This document shows, piece by piece, positions 58,485 to 64,000 of a stretch of DNA of 64,000 nt; positions within the stretch are counted from its first letter, which is position 1, and each line of letters starts with the position of its first letter. The notes below the pieces were generated by a model. That model searched no databases and was not told where the DNA came from. It saw only the letters and a list, made by a program, of their open reading frames with translations. Source of the stretch: Candidatus Giovannonibacteria bacterium. Its GTDB lineage: Bacteria; Patescibacteriota; Minisyncoccia; JACPKW01; UBA11713. A program made the translations under genes and the position numbers. The stretch is from positions 10,917-74,916 of the forward strand of contig JACOXM010000002.1 of assembly GCA_016176285.1 (NCBI GenBank), given 5' to 3'.

Positions 58485-59648
58485 TTACGGAATCAGCGAT
58501 CTCAGCCAGGCGGAAATTTTTTGGCGCCACTCCGACGGTTTTTTCGATTCCGGCAGAGATTCCTGATCTAAGCCTATGAGCGCAGCTCCCAGGGCGGAAG
58601 ACCAAACCGGATCCTGCAATCTGTGCCCGCTTGCCAGCTCTTCACATGTCCCAAGAGTTACAGGAAGCCTTAATGCGTATTTTGAGAATTCTTCAAGCCC
58701 CGTGAGCTTGGAAGCACCGCCGGACAAAACCACTCCACCCGGCAAAAGCCCCTGCCGCCCAATTTTTTTCAGGTGATTATCTATAAGCTCGAAGGTGTCT
58801 TCAAGCCTCGCTTCAACAATATGCTGAAATTTTTTCTTTGCCTGCGCCGTTTCGTCCGGAAGCTTCATCTCCATTTTAATTTCCTCGGCTTTATCCAGGC
58901 TTATTTGAAAGCCAAGCGCGATGTCATTCGTAATGTGCGATCCCCCATACGGGAAAACCGCGACGGAATAAGGCATATTCTCCTCAAAAACTGCTAGATC
59001 GGTCGTATCTGACCCGATATCCAAAACAAGCGCTCCCGCTTCCTTCTGCCTCTGCGTGAGTAATGATCTCGCCGCGGCTATCGGACCCGGTATTACGTCA
59101 TCAATTATTACGCCCGCCTCCTCAACCACAGAAATCATTTCTTTTAGCGGCTTTAACATAGAAGTTATGAATAACACCTCCGCCTCCAAATTTTCTCCCC
59201 TGATACCGACGGGGTCCCTGAAGGCCAATTCCGAATCAACGCTATAATTAAGTCCGTATGTATCTAAAATTTCCTTGTTTGATAAATCTTTGGAGGAAGG
59301 CTTCGCCTGCGCCAAAACCCTTTCTACGTCATAATGCCCAACCTCCCCGGATGCTTGGGCAATAGCGATACGCGCCCTTACTTTGTTAAAACTTATTGCC
59401 GGGGTTCCAAAAGCCAAAAAGGCATGTTTAAAAGGGATCCCGGAGAATCTTTCAACTTCCTCAATTGCCGACTTTAACCTTTTTAATAGAAGCTGTGGGG
59501 AATTAACCATCCCTCTCCTAACCCCCTGCGAAGGCACTAGGGAAGCGCCCAAAATATGAATGCCGGAATCAGGCGACTTCCTTTCCGCAGTTAATACTTT
59601 AATTCCGTGTGAACCGATATCTAAAACGTGGACTATATTCCTAGGCAT
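58485..59648 (-). CDS. ftsA: Cell division protein FtsA
   Basis: LDIGS..IK, DIG..TT, GG.HIT.DIA, GVVLSGG. Confidence 0.93.
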   Translation of the reverse strand: MPRNIVHVLDIGSHGIKVLTAERKSPDSGIHILGASLVPSQGVRRGMVNSPQLLLKRLKSAIEEVERFSGIPFKHAFLAFGTPAISFNKVRARIAIAQASGEVGHYDVERVLAQAKPSSKDLSNKEILDTYGLNYSVDSELAFRDPVGIRGENLEAEVLFITSMLKPLKEMISVVEEAGVIIDDVIPGPIAAARSLLTQRQKEAGALVLDIGSDTTDLAVFEENMPYSVAVFPYGGSHITNDIALGFQISLDKAEEIKMEMKLPDETAQAKKKFQHIVEARLEDTFELIDNHLKKIGRQGLLPGGVVLSGGASKLTGLEEFSKYALRLPVTLGTCEELASGHRLQDPVWSSALGAALIGLDQESLPESKKPSEWRQKISAWLRSLIP

Positions 59649-60001
59649 AACTTATTCTCTAACACTTCCATTTTTTTTCCATGTGAATACCCCTTTAAAT
59701 GCAAAAGTCCGTGTATGTAAAGCGCCCAAAGGTGCTTTTTATAACTTCTATTGTATTTTAATAATTCTTTTTTGATAAAATCTGGTTCGAGAACTATCTG
59801 GCCATGCCCGGAATCAATATTAAACGACAAAACGTTGGTACTCTTCGGAATATTTCTGTAAATAGTTGAAATCTTTTTCATATAACTGGGGGTTGCAAAA
59901 ATAAGGTCTAATTCATATTTTTTCCCAAACATTTTACGAAGCGCCTTTTCATACGGCAAAAATGGCGTCTTCGCCCTCGTCATTCTTACAAAAGTTAACA
60001 C
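59633..60001 (-). CDS. ybeY: rRNA maturation endoribonuclease YbeY
   Basis: TNVLSF, HGLLHL.GY.H. Confidence 0.88.
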   Translation of the reverse strand: MLTFVRMTRAKTPFLPYEKALRKMFGKKYELDLIFATPSYMKKISTIYRNIPKSTNVLSFNIDSGHGQIVLEPDFIKKELLKYNRSYKKHLWALYIHGLLHLKGYSHGKKMEVLENKLCLGI

Positions 60002-60471
60002 TAGTTTATAAGGAGCTTTTTTAACAATGTGGAAATTCTGTCGCCGGAAGCCTTTCCCTTCAATATCGGCATTGATGACTTCATAACTTTTCCAAAATCT
60101 TTTTCTCCGGAAGCTCCTGTTTCCCGTATACCCTCTTTTAAAATCCTTTCGAGCTCCGCATCGGAAATTTCAGCCGGGAGATAAGCTTGAATGATTTTAA
60201 GCTCGTCATTTTCTTTATCCGCAAGATCATCCCTTCCTGCCTTATGAAATTCTTGGGCGGCATCCTTTCTCTTTTTTGCCTCACCCTTTAAAACTTCGGC
60301 AGTCTCTTCATCGGAAAGGCCAGTCTCCTTTTTTAGGAGCTGGATCGCTTTGTTATGGATGGCATTTTGCGACATCCGCAGAGTTGATACCTTGAGAGAT
60401 TCCCCGGCCTTCAGCGCCGATTTCAAATCATCTTCAATTTTCTGGGAAAGCTCTCCTGGCATATTATTCAA
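60001..60471 (-). CDS. GatB/YqeY domain protein
   Basis: DLK.ALK, K.RKD..EF..AGR.DLA, YLP, GKVM. Confidence 0.9.
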   Translation of the reverse strand: MNNMPGELSQKIEDDLKSALKAGESLKVSTLRMSQNAIHNKAIQLLKKETGLSDEETAEVLKGEAKKRKDAAQEFHKAGRDDLADKENDELKIIQAYLPAEISDAELERILKEGIRETGASGEKDFGKVMKSSMPILKGKASGDRISTLLKKLLIN

Positions 60472-60682
60472 TTTTACCTAATTTCCTCTGCTTCTCCATG
60501 TCTTTCTGCCAAGCCATCCGCCTTAGCGCCTCTTTTTTCTTTTTATAGTTGGACTTGCTTCTCGCCCTGTATTGGCGCGATCTGGCTTCGACTAAAACTT
60601 TGGAACGCATTATTTTTTTTGTGAATCTCCGAAGAAGCCCTCCGATTGACTCACTATCCCTTCTTTTAACTTCTACTGCCAT
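60464..60682 (-). CDS. rpsU: 30S ribosomal protein S21
   Basis: ES...LLRRF.K; upstream of yqeY. Confidence 0.8.
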   Translation of the reverse strand: MAVEVKRRDSESIGGLLRRFTKKIMRSKVLVEARSRQYRARSKSNYKKKKEALRRMAWQKDMEKQRKLGKIE

Positions 60683-60684
60683 AA

Positions 60685-61026
60685 TTATACTTCAATATTA
60701 TCTGGCTTATCATTCCATCCCCCCAAAAGATGGAGATGGACATGATCAACTACCTGCCCACCCTTTCGACCTACGTTAAAAACTAATTTATAACCTTCTA
60801 AATTCCGTGATTTGGCTATTTCTTTCGCCGCCAGAATCATTTCTCCTGGTAAGCGCGGATCGGAAGAATCCAAATTCTCTACAGATGATATATGCTCTTT
60901 AGGAATAATTAAAGCATGAAACGGCGCTTTTGGCATTATATCTTTAAAAGCCAAAAGGCCCTCTTTTTCATAAATAATTTCCGCCGGCATTTCTTTATTT
61001 GATATTTTACAAAATACGCAATCCAT
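60685..61026 (-). CDS. Histidine triad nucleotide-binding protein
   Basis: DCVFCKI, GGQVV.HVHLH. Confidence 0.92.
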   Translation of the reverse strand: MDCVFCKISNKEMPAEIIYEKEGLLAFKDIMPKAPFHALIIPKEHISSVENLDSSDPRLPGEMILAAKEIAKSRNLEGYKLVFNVGRKGGQVVDHVHLHLLGGWNDKPDNIEV

Positions 61027-62353
61027 CAGCCGATGATTCCTTTAGTTTTAATTTAAGTCTTTCGATCGCCCTATCGACAGGGAGAGTTTCCTGCATGCCG
61101 GAATCCATATCCCGCAAGATTATACTTCCATCCAAAGCTTCCTTCTGTCCAATTATCAAACTGTATAGAACCCCGAGTTTTGAAGCGAGCCGCAGCTGTC
61201 CGCGGATTGAATCCTTTGAAAGGGACTGCGCTAAAGGTATTTTTGCTTTTCTTAAATCTTCCATTAAACCAAGCGTCCTTCTTTTAGCCGCCACCCCGAG
61301 CTGAATCAAAAAGACCTTAGGTTTTTCCTTTTTTGTAAATTCTTCGCGGCCATTTTCGTCCAACTTTTCCATCAAAACCGAAACAACGCGGTCAAGGCCG
61401 ATGCCCCCTCCCGCTCCCGGCAAATCTTTTCCGCCTAAAACTTGCGCCAAATAGTCATAGCGCCCGCCCCCAGCCACGGAAAGATTTTTCACCTCTTCAG
61501 TACCATCCTCTTTTACGGTTTTTATATTCGCGACAAATTCAAAAACCGTCCGGGTGTAATAATCAAAGCCCCGCACGAGATTGCCATTCAGCCTGTATGG
61601 TATTTCAAGCGCGTCCATAAATTCCAAAACCTCCTTGAAATGCGCCTTGCATTCATCGCATACATATTCGAGCATTTGGGGAGCTTTCGCCTTAAATTCC
61701 TGGCATACCGCCTCCTTGCAATCAAGGAGCCTCATGGGGTTTTCTTTAAATCTGCGCTTGCAGTCCTTGCAAAGTTTTTCCAAGTGTTTGCGGTAGTAAG
61801 ATGTAAGTTCTTTTCTCCAGGATCCGCGGCATTCCTTGTCGCCCAATGTGTTTAATTCGAGGCTCGTATCAATTCCCAGTTCTTTGAATATGATGCTGAA
61901 AACCCGGATGACAGTTGCCTCCGCCACGGCTAAATCTTCACCCAAAATTTCAACATCGAACTGCCCGAACTCCCTGAACCTTCCCCGCTGGGGAGATTCG
62001 TGCCTAAAAAAAGAACCGTTCTCGTAGAGTAAAACCGGTTGCGGGAGTGACTGCATTCCATGTTCAAAATATGCCCGTACAATCGGAACGGTCGCCTCCG
62101 GCCTTAAAACAAGTGAATCGCCTCCCCTCGTTTTAAAAGTGTACATTTGTTTTTCAACAACATCAGTCGTGTCTCCAAGTGAAGCCGAAAAAAGTTCCGA
62201 GTGTTCAAAATGCGGAGTTTGGATTTCCGAAAAACCGTAATAACGCGCAATTTCTTCCGCTATACCCGAAACTCTTTTCCAAATTTCTAATTCTTCGCCG
62301 ATCAAATCCCTCGTCCCCCGCGGAGTCTGCAGCAGCTCTTTCTTTACTTTCAT
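61007..62353 (-). CDS. hisS: Histidine--tRNA ligase
   Basis: PRGTRD, LRPE.T, GRFREF.Q, LVRG.DYY, GGGRYD. Confidence 0.97.
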   Translation of the reverse strand: MKVKKELLQTPRGTRDLIGEELEIWKRVSGIAEEIARYYGFSEIQTPHFEHSELFSASLGDTTDVVEKQMYTFKTRGGDSLVLRPEATVPIVRAYFEHGMQSLPQPVLLYENGSFFRHESPQRGRFREFGQFDVEILGEDLAVAEATVIRVFSIIFKELGIDTSLELNTLGDKECRGSWRKELTSYYRKHLEKLCKDCKRRFKENPMRLLDCKEAVCQEFKAKAPQMLEYVCDECKAHFKEVLEFMDALEIPYRLNGNLVRGFDYYTRTVFEFVANIKTVKEDGTEEVKNLSVAGGGRYDYLAQVLGGKDLPGAGGGIGLDRVVSVLMEKLDENGREEFTKKEKPKVFLIQLGVAAKRRTLGLMEDLRKAKIPLAQSLSKDSIRGQLRLASKLGVLYSLIIGQKEALDGSIILRDMDSGMQETLPVDRAIERLKLKLKESSADGLRIL

Positions 62354-62904
62354 AAACTATAATTAAAATTTCCTGGTAAAAAATCAATTCTTGGCGGCGG
62401 CCATAATCTTATAAAGGCCCTGCCCACAATTAAGCTCTCGTTCAATATGCCCCATTTTCTGGAATCATGCGAAAATAATCGATTGTCTCCGAGCATGAAA
62501 TATTCTTTTTCTCCAAGATTAAAAATTCCATCAGGAGTGGTAAGCGCTTCCCTTAAAAAGGGCTCTCTAAGCTCCTCGTCCTTATCTCCTTTTACGAGAA
62601 AAATCTTATTATCTTTTATTCTAATCGTCTCTCCGGGAAGCCCGATAACTCTTTTTATAAAAAATTTAGAAGGATCCACCGGGTACCTGAAAACCAATAC
62701 TTCCCCGCGCTCGGGAGAACGCAAGTTAAGAGTCAATTCATCTATAATCAAATACTCCCCATCCTCAAATGTGGGCTCCATGGATGCCCCTTTTACTAAA
62801 AAAGGCTGGGCTACCCAGGTCCTTACAGGAATTATTATGATAGCGGCAACTATGATAAAGCGCAGAAAATCCCTCCAAAAAGAATTTTGAGACATATTTA
62901 ACAA
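62350..62904 (-). CDS. lepB: Signal peptidase I
   Basis: GASMEPT, IKRVIGLPGE, GDNR..S.DSR. Confidence 0.95.
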   Translation of the reverse strand: MLNMSQNSFWRDFLRFIIVAAIIIIPVRTWVAQPFLVKGASMEPTFEDGEYLIIDELTLNLRSPERGEVLVFRYPVDPSKFFIKRVIGLPGETIRIKDNKIFLVKGDKDEELREPFLREALTTPDGIFNLGEKEYFMLGDNRLFSHDSRKWGILNESLIVGRAFIRLWPPPRIDFLPGNFNYSL

Positions 62905-62953
62905 AAGTAATAAATTTCTTCGAAATAATCAAGAGCCATGATAAAATTCGCTT

Positions 62954-63496
62954 ATGTCTGCTTATTGTATAGTGGGTCTCGGGAATCCAGGAACGGAATA
63001 TGACGACACTCCGCATAATACGGGGAAGTTTATGGCCGAGCTTTTTTCTAAGAAATACGAGGAGAAAAAGGCTAAAATAATCTTGCCTAGTGTTTTTATG
63101 AACCAGTCCGGGAAAGCAGTTAAAGGAATCCCCGCAAAGTGGCTTATTTTACTGCATGACGATATTGATTTGCCTCTTGGGAAATTCAAAATAGTCTTTA
63201 ATCGCGGCTCAGGCGGGCATAAGGGGGTGGAATCCGTGATCCGCGCGATTGGATCGCAGAAGTTTCTCCGGATAAGGATTGGGATTTGTCCGCCCAAGAA
63301 ACCTGCCCGCAATGCTACGCATAGCGTTGCAGGCGGGAAACCGAACCACAGGGAACTTATGAAATTCCTCACACATAAATTCAAACCGTCTGAATCGGCC
63401 GCGATCAAAAAAATATCCAAAAAAATCCTAGAAGCTCTCGAGACAATCATCACCGAAGGGCCCGAAAAAGCGATGACGCTTTATAATAATAATTAA
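62954..63496 (+). CDS. pth: Peptidyl-tRNA hydrolase
   Basis: VGLGNPG, HN.G, FMN.SG, HDD.DL, GGH.G. Confidence 0.95.
   Translation: MSAYCIVGLGNPGTEYDDTPHNTGKFMAELFSKKYEEKKAKIILPSVFMNQSGKAVKGIPAKWLILLHDDIDLPLGKFKIVFNRGSGGHKGVESVIRAIGSQKFLRIRIGICPPKKPARNATHSVAGGKPNHRELMKFLTHKFKPSESAAIKKISKKILEALETIITEGPEKAMTLYNNN
63302..63337 (+). repeat. 36-bp palindromic in-frame insertion in pth
   Basis: CCTGCCCGCAATGCTACGCATAGCGTTGCAGGCGGG = PARNATHSVAGG. Confidence 0.85.
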
Positions 63497-63504
63497 TTAT
63501 ATGA

Positions 63505-64000
63505 ATGGGCCCTCCTAAAACACTCAACGAAATAATAATTTTTGCACCTACCCCGTCTTTTCTGGAACGGGGTGATTTGAGTTTGGATAAAAATTTGGCT
63601 GAATATAAAAAACTTCGCGCGCACAATAATTTTTGGCGAAGAAATACTATTTTTATAGAAATAGGAGAAACAAGAAAGCCTTCTGAATTAATCCGCGAAT
63701 TGTCGGACATGGGCTACGCTCGGCACATGGGGGATTTGCACAAAGGCGAATTTTTTCAGCAGGGCGGACTCATCACCATTTTCCCGATCAATAGCGAAGC
63801 GCCAGTAACTATCGAGTTTAATGGAAATATAATTGCGCATATCCGCGAAGCAAAAATAATTCCGCATGAGAAAAAATTACCGAAGATCGCGAAGCACGAC
63901 TTACAACCAGGCGATTATGTGGTCCATGAAGACCATGGGATTGGCATTTTTAGAGGAAAAGTTAATGGTTATTTGGTGCTCGAGTATGCTCCGGCTAGAA
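63505..64000 (+). CDS. mfd: Transcription-repair coupling factor, 5' part (runs off window)
   Basis: GEF...GG...IFP (UvrB-like), then LQPGDYVVHEDHGIG (RID/CarD-like); follows pth. Confidence 0.85.
   Translation, partial: MGPPKTLNEIIIFAPTPSFLERGDLSLDKNLAEYKKLRAHNNFWRRNTIFIEIGETRKPSELIRELSDMGYARHMGDLHKGEFFQQGGLITIFPINSEAPVTIEFNGNIIAHIREAKIIPHEKKLPKIAKHDLQPGDYVVHEDHGIGIFRGKVNGYLVLEYAPAR

Overview
Low-GC bacterial chromosome segment using the standard genetic code (TGA is a stop). Gene content and style (small streamlined proteins, few SD sites, PaaX-like gene, large surface-layer protein, DUF5663-like protein, HerA/VirD4-like ATPase near ftsA/ftsZ) suggest a CPR/Patescibacteria (Parcubacteria-like) genome; this is inference. 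Housekeeping genes: uvrA/uvrC, secG, rnj, trpS, ychF, rpsF-ssb-rpsR, ftsXE, prfB (with +1 frameshift), lepA, murJ, rnpB, ftsZ/ftsA, ybeY, rpsU, hisS, lepB, pth, mfd. There are four intact tRNAs and two broken ones. Accessory blocks are a frameshifted surface-layer gene, a membrane/lipid-modification cluster, an ArsR-led thiol-redox/metal island (30.5-39.4 kb), and a ~10 kb ATPase plus effector-like cluster between ftsA and ftsZ. The most unusual signals are: (1) a complete tRNA-Leu(CAG) nested in a palindrome that itself interrupts a second tRNA-Leu(CAG); (2) short palindromic insertions in tRNAs, in RNase P RNA and in-frame in pth and lepA; (3) a PaaX/Cas2-fold gene bracketed by two related palindromes; (4) an AAAGGTCG motif about 26-34 nt upstream of several start codons; (5) an unannotated 57-aa, 10-Cys metallothionein-like peptide. 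All calls were made by eye; no searches were run.
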